The notes under the pieces are model-generated. The model was not told the origin of the DNA. It saw only the letters and a program-made list of their open reading frames with translations, and searched no databases. Positions 1 through 7,214 of a stretch of DNA of 20,000 nucleotides are shown here, piece by piece (the stretch's first letter is position 1; every line of letters begins with the position of its first letter). The DNA comes from an uncultured virus (IMG/VR IMGVR_UViG_3300046742_000152) (lineage: Duplodnaviria > Heunggongvirae > Uroviricota > Caudoviricetes), in the IMG/VR virus record IMGVR_UViG_3300046742_000152, positions 53,872 to 73,871 of that record; one strand, written 5' to 3'. A program made the position numbers and the translations under genes.

Positions 1-311
1 ATCTACAAGTTTAGTTTATTTTTTTTTAAGTTATGACATAAACATCCAACTAACCATTTCAATTATTCGCAGTTTATGATATGGATAAACTTTTATCTGT
101 TTTGCAGATAGATGACCCCACAATCCTTTTATCTGCGTCAAAGGTTGTAAGGTAGCAGAATTAAGCTGCTAAAGCAAGCTGCTCGCTTTGAGGCGAGTAA
201 GCTTGAATACGTGACTTATTGCCATGTAAACTTTTGCATCTTTTTGAGGAGCCAGATGCACTCCTACTTGCAATATACTAATCCAACTTAAATCGAATCC
301 AGTACACGCCC
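1..311 (-). ncRNA. ssrA: tmRNA (transfer-messenger RNA); 3' tRNA-like end lies beyond the left window edge
   Basis: Minus strand starts GGGCGTGTACTGGATTCGA (tmRNA 5' acceptor and GGATTCGA motif). Pseudoknot 1 stems are AGGAG/CTCCT and TGCATCT/AGATGCA (about 235-265). The tag frame ends LALAA-TAA. PK2-like pairings are ACCTTACAA/TTGTGGGGT and GCAGATA/TATCTGC. Near the edge, CTAAACTTGTAGA resembles the conserved CTAAGCATGTAG segment, and its ACTTGT can pair with the 5' GCAAGT. Confidence 0.93.
161..223 (-). other. tmRNA tag reading frame, (A)GNKSRIQAYSPQSEQLALAA*
   Basis: GGC AAT AAG TCA CGT ATT CAA GCT TAC TCG CCT CAA AGC GAG CAG CTT GCT TTA GCA GCT TAA, just after PK1. The LAA terminus is the canonical ssrA degron. 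The resume codon is inferred from position. Confidence 0.85.
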
Positions 312-317
312 ATAAAA

Positions 318-329
318 TTTTAAAGAACA
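318..329 (-). promoter_or_regulatory. boxA-like element in the tmRNA leader
   Basis: TGTTCTTTAAAA matches the boxA consensus TGCTCTTTAACA at 10 of 12 positions and lies 6 nt upstream of the tmRNA 5' end. Confidence 0.45.
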
Positions 330-364
330 AGTTATATACTATATACCATAGTAATTGAATTAAT

Positions 365-398
365 TACACATAAATTAAATATTTGTGTATATCATATT
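365..398. promoter_or_regulatory. Divergent pair of GTGTA motifs (putative phage promoters)
   Basis: GTGTA occurs on the minus strand at 369-365 facing the tmRNA and on the plus strand at 385-389, 9 nt before ATG 399. The same motif precedes starts at 11166 and 7196. Confidence 0.5.
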
Positions 399-470
399 AT
401 GATACATCACGTTTCTGCACCACAAATATTAAGTTTGATAGCGATAGTAATCATTTTAAGTTGCTTATAA
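399..470 (+). CDS. Putative 23-aa hydrophobic peptide MIHHVSAPQILSLIAIVIILSCL
   Basis: ATG at 399, TAA at 468-470, preceded by GTGTA-N9. It has an uncharged hydrophobic C-terminal stretch and converges on clpC at a shared TTATAA. Confidence 0.45.
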   Translation: MIHHVSAPQILSLIAIVIILSCL

Positions 471-2921
471 TTTTGTGAAAATAAATTTATTATTTTTATA
501 ATCAAACTCAACAGAGTCATTATCGGATATTTTTTTTGACAAAATATTTTTACAAAGGACTGATTCTATATGTTGATTAAATAATCTTTCTATAGGTCTT
601 GCTCCCAAATTTAGTTCTTGCAACTTTAAAAGTAAAAAATCTAAAACGTTTTTTGAAATTTTAATTTTAATCTTTTTACCCTGTAATCTTTTGTTTAGCA
701 TTTTAATATAAATTGATATTATATCTTCATAGTGATCATTGGTAAAATTTGAAAAAATAATAATATCACTTATACGATTAACAAATTCAGGGGAGAAATG
801 TTTGCAAGCAAGTTTATGAATTTTTTCGTTGACAATATCTTGATCTATTTCAGCAGAAAGGAAGCCGACTGATTGAGAAGGTTTATCTAAGATGTCACTA
901 CCCAAGTTTCCAGTTAAAATAATTAAGCAATTTTGAAAATCAGCTGTTCTACCATAGTTATCAGAAAGTTTTCCTTCATCTAATATTGAAAGAAGAGATT
1001 TTAATACATCAGGATGAGCCTTTTCAATCTCATCAAAAAGAACTACGCTGTAAGGCTTTTTGCGAACTTGATCAACTAAGTTACTACCCTCTTCATAGCC
1101 GACGTAACCAGGTGATGACCCTGTAATTTTTGAAGAGCTGGCAGAATCTGAAAACTCTCCCATATCAATTCTAATAATTTTATCTTCTCCTCCAAAAATA
1201 AATTTAGACATTTTTTTTGCCATTAAAGTTTTACCAGTACCAGTTTTCCCCAACAAAAGAAAAACACCCGCTGGTTTGTTCGGGTTATTCAATCCGCAAG
1301 CGGCTCTCTGAATGGATTGACAAATTTTTTGAACAGCAGTATTTTGTCCTATAATTTCTTTTTTAAGATTACCTTCTAATTTTAGATACTTATCATCTGA
1401 AGTCGAAGAGATAATTGAAAGTGGGATTTTAACTTTTTGAGAAATAATTTCTTCTATATTATTCTTCGTGATATATATTTTTTTCTTAGCTATTGTCTTT
1501 TGCCACTCATCTAATATTTTTTGATATTTTTCAAAGAGATCATCAATGCATTCTCCTAAAACTTGCTTCCTATCTTTGTCGGAAGTTGATTCTTCTTGGT
1601 CAATTAAAGACTCCAAAGAAGATTCTAGATTTAAAATTTCTTGAGGGCGATTAAAATTTTTAACTTTTGCTTTTGCGGCAGCTTCATCTATAATGTCTAT
1701 AGCCTTGTCAGGTAAAAAACGATCATTGATATATCTAGAGCTAAGCTCTACCGCAGCTTCTAGAGCATTTCTTCTAAATTTAACTTGATGAAAAGATTCA
1801 TATTCTGGCGCTAAGCTTTGCAAAATATTAAAACAGTCTTTTTTTGAAGGTTCTGAAACTAAAACTGTTTGGAATCTCCTGGATAATGCCGAATCTTTTT
1901 CTATAGAGTTCTTGAATTCTTTTAACGTGGTAGCTCCAATGCATTTTAAATTTCCACGAGCTAGTAAAGGTTTTAAAATATTTGCGGCATCCATTCCCCC
2001 TTCGGAATTTCCAGCTCCCATTAAAGTATGAATTTCATCAATAAATAAAATATTATAATCAGAAGATTGAACTTGTTTTAAAATTTCTTTCAAACGTTCT
2101 TCGAACTGACCTCGATATTTAGTTCCTGCAATAACACTATTTAGATTTAACCCAAGAACTTGAGAGTTTAAAAGTATATCAGGCACTTGCTTCGATACTA
2201 TTCTTTGAGCCAAACCTTCTATTAAGGCTGTTTTTCCCACCCCCGCTTCGCCTAAAATGATTGGATTATTTTTTACACGGCGACATAAAATTTCAATTAC
2301 TTGGTCGATTTCTTCTTCTCGATTTACGACTTGATCAAATTTACCTTCACTGGCTAATGCGGAATAATTAATAGAAAACTGATCTAAAGAGCTTGGCTCA
2401 AGATCTTTTTTTGGAGAAGGATTTGATTTGCGATCCTTAGTTTTGTTTAAAAATTTCTTTAAATCTTTACGCTTTTCTTCGACGTCGCCTTCAAGAGACA
2501 ATTGAACAGCATCAAAAATAGAATTAGGTTCCAAATTAAAACTTAAAAATAGATTTTGAACGTTAGGGTTAGATCGTAAAGATAAAAAGATATGCTCAAC
2601 CCCAACGTAATCATGTCCATAAGTCATGGCTAATTTAGAAGACTCTCTTAATAAAATTTTAAAGCTTTTTGAATAAGAGATATCAACTCTTTGATCGTTG
2701 GGCAAAAAAGAAGCAGGGAACTCTAGGGTTTTATTTTTTAAATCTTGCATGGAAAACGCAGACTCTCCGCCCATAGAATAAAACAAACTATCTTGAACTT
2801 TAAAAATTCCATACACTAAATGTATTGGTTCAACTAAATTAATCCTAGAATCAACACACAAATTTTTGGCAATTTTAATTGCTTGTTGAACGCGAGGGGT
2901 AAAGTTTGGAAGTATATCCAT
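465..2921 (-). CDS. clpC: ATP-dependent Clp protease ATP-binding subunit, ClpC/ClpA type
   Basis: Clp N repeats (NFTPR...EPIHLVYG; YVGVEHIFLSL). NBD1 has GEAGVGKT, ILFIDEIH and the pore loop GTKYRGQFEER. A short coiled middle domain follows. NBD2 has GKTGTGKT, GYVGY and VVLFDEIEKAHPD. A ClpP-docking-type VGF loop (861-869) and GARP sensor are present. Confidence 0.92.
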   Translation of the reverse strand: MDILPNFTPRVQQAIKIAKNLCVDSRINLVEPIHLVYGIFKVQDSLFYSMGGESAFSMQDLKNKTLEFPASFLPNDQRVDISYSKSFKILLRESSKLAMTYGHDYVGVEHIFLSLRSNPNVQNLFLSFNLEPNSIFDAVQLSLEGDVEEKRKDLKKFLNKTKDRKSNPSPKKDLEPSSLDQFSINYSALASEGKFDQVVNREEEIDQVIEILCRRVKNNPIILGEAGVGKTALIEGLAQRIVSKQVPDILLNSQVLGLNLNSVIAGTKYRGQFEERLKEILKQVQSSDYNILFIDEIHTLMGAGNSEGGMDAANILKPLLARGNLKCIGATTLKEFKNSIEKDSALSRRFQTVLVSEPSKKDCFNILQSLAPEYESFHQVKFRRNALEAAVELSSRYINDRFLPDKAIDIIDEAAAKAKVKNFNRPQEILNLESSLESLIDQEESTSDKDRKQVLGECIDDLFEKYQKILDEWQKTIAKKKIYITKNNIEEIISQKVKIPLSIISSTSDDKYLKLEGNLKKEIIGQNTAVQKICQSIQRAACGLNNPNKPAGVFLLLGKTGTGKTLMAKKMSKFIFGGEDKIIRIDMGEFSDSASSSKITGSSPGYVGYEEGSNLVDQVRKKPYSVVLFDEIEKAHPDVLKSLLSILDEGKLSDNYGRTADFQNCLIILTGNLGSDILDKPSQSVGFLSAEIDQDIVNEKIHKLACKHFSPEFVNRISDIIIFSNFTNDHYEDIISIYIKMLNKRLQGKKIKIKISKNVLDFLLLKLQELNLGARPIERLFNQHIESVLCKNILSKKISDNDSVEFDYKNNKFIFTKL

Positions 2922-5461
2922 TATCTGATGTCTCCTAATTTCATGTAAATTTTTTCTTGCAAAGGTAAAATATTGTCAGCGAAAATAATGTCCGAAAACT
3001 TAGAACCAATTACACCTATTATATCATCTTTTTCTGGAAGTTTTTTTCCAGAATCTAAATATTCACTGTATTTAGCGCCTCTTGAATTATCCATGAACAT
3101 TACTGGGTATTTACCATATTCATCATGTAATATAAGTTTTACATATTTATTACCATTTCTGCTAGTGCCTTTATAATAATCAAAAACAATTCCAATAAAT
3201 TTCCCTCTGCAAGAATCATTATTATAAAAATCATTTGAATTATATATAATTTCAGAATCATTGAATACAGATTTTAAGTCACTACTATAACTATAACCCA
3301 AAAGCTTACTTTCAAAATACCAATTAGCAAATTTTTCATACTGCTTATTTTGTAAATAAATAGATTTATATTTTTCATATTTTGATTTAAAAGTATTAAA
3401 TCTAGACTCCTTCATTAAAGGCTTGCCATCTTTAGCAATTAAACCTTCTTTTGCGGCAGCGATAATATCTAGCAACATATAATTATATTTGGGAGCTAGG
3501 TCAATCGTTAATTTTTTTTCGCGATCAGTCAAAAGATTAAAGGACTGCGCTTCTAGAGCAAGCAGGGATCGACTGCAAGAATAACTAGGTAAGCAGCCAG
3601 CTTGAATCAAAGATGAAAGTATACCAATATTAAGACCAGACTCTTTTGCTTGAACAAAAGTTTTAAATTTATTAGGCTGTTTTTTAGATCGAAACTTACT
3701 CAAAGATTGCAAAGATTTTTCACTTACACCTTTGATGCTATTTAATCCAAATCTAATGTCCGAGTTTTCTTTAGAGAAATCCATTTCAGATCTCTCTAAA
3801 TCTGGAGGTAATAATTTTATATTAAAAAAGGATAATTCTTTGCTGATTTGACTAATTTCTTCTTGAGGAGCTGGTTCAAACTTTGTCATTTTTAGCAAAC
3901 TTAGAAAAAACTCTTGAGTATAATTGAATTTTAAAAATGTAGTCCATGCTGCTAGCGTAGAATAGGCTATAGAGTGACTCTTATTAAAAGAATAATTTGC
4001 GCTATCTTCAGCGACCTTCCATAATATTTCACCAACTTCAGGTGGCAGATTATTTAAAGAAACTTTTTCTTTAATTTTATCTTGCCATAAAGACATTTGA
4101 TCAACTTTTTTCTTTCCAACGATTCTCCTTAATTGTTCGGATTCGTCAAGGGAGAACCCAATCCTAACAGCCATTTTCATTAACTGCTCTTGGTATAAAG
4201 GTATGCCTCCTGTGTAGCTTAATTCTTCAGCAAAAAAATCATGAATAACATTAGAGTCATTTGTTTTTACGTATTCAGCATAAAGTTCTGTAAACTCCAA
4301 AGCCCCTGGACGAGCAATCGCTATAACCGCGCTAAGCTGCTCTAAACTTTTGGGTTTCACGGTTTTGCATACGCGAAAATTAGTATCAGCTTCAATTTGA
4401 AAAAGACCATGTGGAGATCTTAAGCTTTCTTGAAGAGGTAAGTAAATTGAAGGATCGTCTAAATTAACTTTTTTAATATCTACGTTAATATTATTACACA
4501 CATCGTAAATAACACTCAATGTTCTTAACCCAAGAATATCGAACTTTACCATGAGTTCAGAGACCCAATTCATGTCGTAACCAGTAATAATTGAGCCATC
4601 ATTGGTGGATTGAAGAGGGCAAATTTCAGAGATTTTAAAGAATGATATTGCAATGCCAGAAGGGTGGACTCCTGTATTTTTATATAAGCCTTCGAGTTTT
4701 CGAGCTATTTTAAAGCACTCAGGATTTTCTTTTGACCAAGATAAAAACCTTTCACTTTCTTCAGTAGCTTTTTCCAAAGAAAAAACTTTACCAAATTTCT
4801 TGGGTATTAGGTCACTCACAGCATTAACATCTTTTTCAGAAAACTCACTGACAATTTTTCCGCATTCTTTAATGCATAGCTTGCTGCTTAAACTGTTTAA
4901 GGTTAAAATTTTTGAAGTTCTTGAGGGGTTTTTCGCTTCAATGTAATCAATAACTTTTTGCCTATGCTCGTAAGCAATATCATTATCAACGTCAGCTAAT
5001 AAGCTTCCGTCAAGATATGTTATTCCATCTACTTCAATTTTTTTTGCTCGACTTTCTGAAACAAATCGTTCGAAAAATAGTTCATACTTTACGGGGTCAA
5101 TGCTGGTAACACCGATTAAAAATAAGACTAATGATCCTGCAGCTGACCCTCGACCAGGTCCGACGGGAATATTATTTTCATGACAAAAGTTAATAATATC
5201 CCAATTCAAAAGAATATAATCTGTGAAACCAAGTTTGTTTAAAATTTCGAGTTCTGAAGATAATCTGGCAGAATAATTTTTACCTAAACTATTTTCTTTT
5301 AATTTTTTATCACACAAATTCTTTAAAAAAGTAAAATTATCAACATCATCTTTTAAATTTAGGCGTTCGTAGTATTTTTTATCTATTTCGATTTGGGGTA
5401 GGCGAACTCCAGGGGGTACACAATTTTTATATTCAGTAAAATTATTAAAAAAATTTTTCAT
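2921..5461 (-). CDS. dnaE: DNA polymerase III alpha (DnaE) catalytic core lacking the PHP domain
   Basis: Motifs GPGRGSAAGS, LFFERF, DVDND (catalytic Asp pair), HPSG, KFDILGL, YQEQLM, FNKSHS and IRFGLNSIKGV, with a C-terminal OB fold. The likely start is ATG 5461 in a TAATG overlap; the ORF track start at 5479 is an alternative. Confidence 0.93.
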   Translation of the reverse strand: MKNFFNNFTEYKNCVPPGVRLPQIEIDKKYYERLNLKDDVDNFTFLKNLCDKKLKENSLGKNYSARLSSELEILNKLGFTDYILLNWDIINFCHENNIPVGPGRGSAAGSLVLFLIGVTSIDPVKYELFFERFVSESRAKKIEVDGITYLDGSLLADVDNDIAYEHRQKVIDYIEAKNPSRTSKILTLNSLSSKLCIKECGKIVSEFSEKDVNAVSDLIPKKFGKVFSLEKATEESERFLSWSKENPECFKIARKLEGLYKNTGVHPSGIAISFFKISEICPLQSTNDGSIITGYDMNWVSELMVKFDILGLRTLSVIYDVCNNINVDIKKVNLDDPSIYLPLQESLRSPHGLFQIEADTNFRVCKTVKPKSLEQLSAVIAIARPGALEFTELYAEYVKTNDSNVIHDFFAEELSYTGGIPLYQEQLMKMAVRIGFSLDESEQLRRIVGKKKVDQMSLWQDKIKEKVSLNNLPPEVGEILWKVAEDSANYSFNKSHSIAYSTLAAWTTFLKFNYTQEFFLSLLKMTKFEPAPQEEISQISKELSFFNIKLLPPDLERSEMDFSKENSDIRFGLNSIKGVSEKSLQSLSKFRSKKQPNKFKTFVQAKESGLNIGILSSLIQAGCLPSYSCSRSLLALEAQSFNLLTDREKKLTIDLAPKYNYMLLDIIAAAKEGLIAKDGKPLMKESRFNTFKSKYEKYKSIYLQNKQYEKFANWYFESKLLGYSYSSDLKSVFNDSEIIYNSNDFYNNDSCRGKFIGIVFDYYKGTSRNGNKYVKLILHDEYGKYPVMFMDNSRGAKYSEYLDSGKKLPEKDDIIGVIGSKFSDIIFADNILPLQEKIYMKLGDIR

Positions 5462-6099
5462 TATATGTTTGATTTCCAAATCATTGATTTAAATACTTTG
5501 AAGTTTTGCTCAATATCGTAAAGCGCATCATGAAGTTTGTTTTCGTCAAAATCTATTTTAAATTTCTCACAAAGAGATTTTAAATTAGTTTTTAAACCTC
5601 TCTTCTTTATTTTTTGAAGTTTAAATTGCCACAGCGTTAGATCAGTTTCATCATACTCAATGTCAAGAGCGTTAGCTTTAGCTATACAATTCGTATCTAT
5701 TAATCTATCTACATAAGAATAATCAGAGCGTTTTCCGCATAATAATCGATGAATGTTGTGAATGAAAATATCAAAACCTATAATGTTATGACCGACTATA
5801 TAATAGTCAGGATTATAAATATAACTTTCAAATAAATTTAAAACTTCCAAAGGGTCTGTAGCTCGTTTTTGATAAACAGACTCTTTGAATCCAGTTACTT
5901 GCTTTGCTCCATCAGAAATTTTTAAATCATTCCAGCGTAAATAAAAATCATATTTTTTTTCGATTTTATCGTGACTGCAAATTAAAAAAGCTAATTGCCA
6001 AGGTTTATTATCTAAGGATGCTAAATTTAAGCTGCAAGTTTCATAGTCAAAAACTATAAATTTCTTATTTTTTTTAAATCTTAATAAATTAGAGTTCAT
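5461..6099 (-). CDS. dnaQ: DEDDh 3'-5' exonuclease (DnaQ/epsilon-like proofreader)
   Basis: ExoI FDYET, ExoII GHNIIGFD, LIDT, and ExoIII HDALYD. ATG 6099 is preferred over TTG 6153, which lies deep inside the upstream gene. Confidence 0.88.
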   Translation of the reverse strand: MNSNLLRFKKNKKFIVFDYETCSLNLASLDNKPWQLAFLICSHDKIEKKYDFYLRWNDLKISDGAKQVTGFKESVYQKRATDPLEVLNLFESYIYNPDYYIVGHNIIGFDIFIHNIHRLLCGKRSDYSYVDRLIDTNCIAKANALDIEYDETDLTLWQFKLQKIKKRGLKTNLKSLCEKFKIDFDENKLHDALYDIEQNFKVFKSMIWKSNI

Positions 6100-6844
6100 T
6101 GTAATTTTCCTTCCAACTTTCAAAACAAAACTCACGACTTCCAAAGCCTTCAAGGTTAGGCTTAGATAGAGAGCTTTTTTTTAAGAAACCTCGATTGCAA
6201 ATGCATTTATAAGTCTGCAAGGCATCTGCATCTTCTCGATTTTTGTAGAAAATGCTTTTAGTTAATTCGGTTTTAAAACCATTATCTTTGCAAAATTTAT
6301 TAACAATTTTATTTAAAATAAGGTCAGTAGGTAAATTGTTATTCTCTAAAAAAAAGATAGGATCAGTAAAAGAAAAATTTGGCAAGCAGTTTGAGAACAA
6401 AAAACTATTTTGATATAAAAAAGAATCATAAAAAGGAATAGCTAGAATTAAATCATCATTATTCCAAAACTTTTTGAGACATTTAAAGGTTCCAACGCCA
6501 TCAAAATCGCAATGAATTGAGCTATATATCAAATTTAGTTTCTTGCAACCCTCATCATTTTTAGCTAAAACAATAACTTTATGAACAGAGGGAGACTCGG
6601 TTTCCGAATCACATTTAATCATAAGCCTTAACCCGAATACCAAATGAATATTTTCTTCTAAAGATATTTTTCTTGCCTGAAGAAAACCAGTTGGAGCATC
6701 CTCTATAAGAACGAACTGCTTTAAATCATTTTCTAATAAAATATCAAAAATCGAATCAGAGCCTGAAGAGTTAGGAGAGCCTGGAGGATTTAGGGTTAAA
6801 ATACTTTTGCCTATACTATAATGAGACTTAAATAAAGGTAACAT
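6089..6844 (-). CDS. Stand-alone PHP domain of DNA polymerase III alpha with degenerate metal ligands
   Basis: LFKSHYSIGKS resembles HxHSxYSLLD; HKVIVLAKNDEGCKKL resembles HLVLLAKNxEGYxNL; TKSIFYKNREDADA resembles TNDVHYxxxEDAxA. It supplies the domain missing from the downstream dnaE. Confidence 0.85.
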   Translation of the reverse strand: MLPLFKSHYSIGKSILTLNPPGSPNSSGSDSIFDILLENDLKQFVLIEDAPTGFLQARKISLEENIHLVFGLRLMIKCDSETESPSVHKVIVLAKNDEGCKKLNLIYSSIHCDFDGVGTFKCLKKFWNNDDLILAIPFYDSFLYQNSFLFSNCLPNFSFTDPIFFLENNNLPTDLILNKIVNKFCKDNGFKTELTKSIFYKNREDADALQTYKCICNRGFLKKSSLSKPNLEGFGSREFCFESWKENYNEL

Positions 6845-6855
6845 ATAATCTGTTT

Positions 6856-6884
6856 AGTTTACCAAAAAACCAATTAAAAGTCAA
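6856..6884 (-). promoter_or_regulatory. Sigma70-type promoter for the PHP-exonuclease-dnaE-clpC unit
   Basis: TTGACT (6884-6879), 17-nt spacer, TAAACT (6861-6856), ending 11 nt before ATG 6844. Confidence 0.75.
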
Positions 6885-6887
6885 GCT

Positions 6888-7196
6888 TTATCTAAGAGAT
6901 TTTAGAACTGAGATAATATATTCAATATTATCATAAGAAATTTTTTCAACATTAAGATTTGATCTTGATTGACCGATTAAAAACCCATCTTCATTTTCAA
7001 AATCTCGTATCAAGTATGATATGAAATCATGAGCCCCGTATTGCTTTAACCAATTCCAGTACATAGTTCTAGTTCCTTGCTTGCATTTTAATAAAACATC
7101 GTCAAAAATATACGTCTTTGCGTATAGAGTAACATCTCTAAAAGGATAAATTTGACTAGGCGGCTCACATAAATTAGATTCAATAATGAGTTTCAC
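6888..7196 (-). CDS. Hypothetical protein (about 102 aa)
   Basis: Open frame filling the gap, with no recognisable motif. Start placed at the in-frame GTG 7196, 10 nt after GTGTA (7211-7207); the ORF track start GTG 7211 is part of that motif. Confidence 0.7.
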   Translation of the reverse strand: MKLIIESNLCEPPSQIYPFRDVTLYAKTYIFDDVLLKCKQGTRTMYWNWLKQYGAHDFISYLIRDFENEDGFLIGQSRSNLNVEKISYDNIEYIISVLKSLR

Positions 7197-7214
7197 ATAG
7201 AATGTATACACAAA

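Noticed and set aside
332..349. Minus-strand micro-ORF MVYSI* in the tmRNA leader
   Set aside because: Only five codons, and its spacing from GTGTA (15 nt) does not match the 9-10 nt pattern.
465..2921. ClpB disaggregase call
   Set aside because: The middle domain is short and a VGF ClpP-docking loop is present, which fits ClpC/ClpA.
5440..6110. Split intein or intron joining the polymerase pieces
   Set aside because: No intein N-terminal block or His-Asn/Cys junction is visible, and the intervening sequence is an intact exonuclease gene.
6089..6185. +1 frameshift at the A8 run (TTA AAA AAA AGC) fusing PHP to the exonuclease
   Set aside because: The +1 frame is open from the run, but a shift would remove the PHP C-terminal segment (EFCFESW, aligning with the DnaE QYxKS region), and the exonuclease has its own overlapping ATG. 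Not excluded without proteomics.
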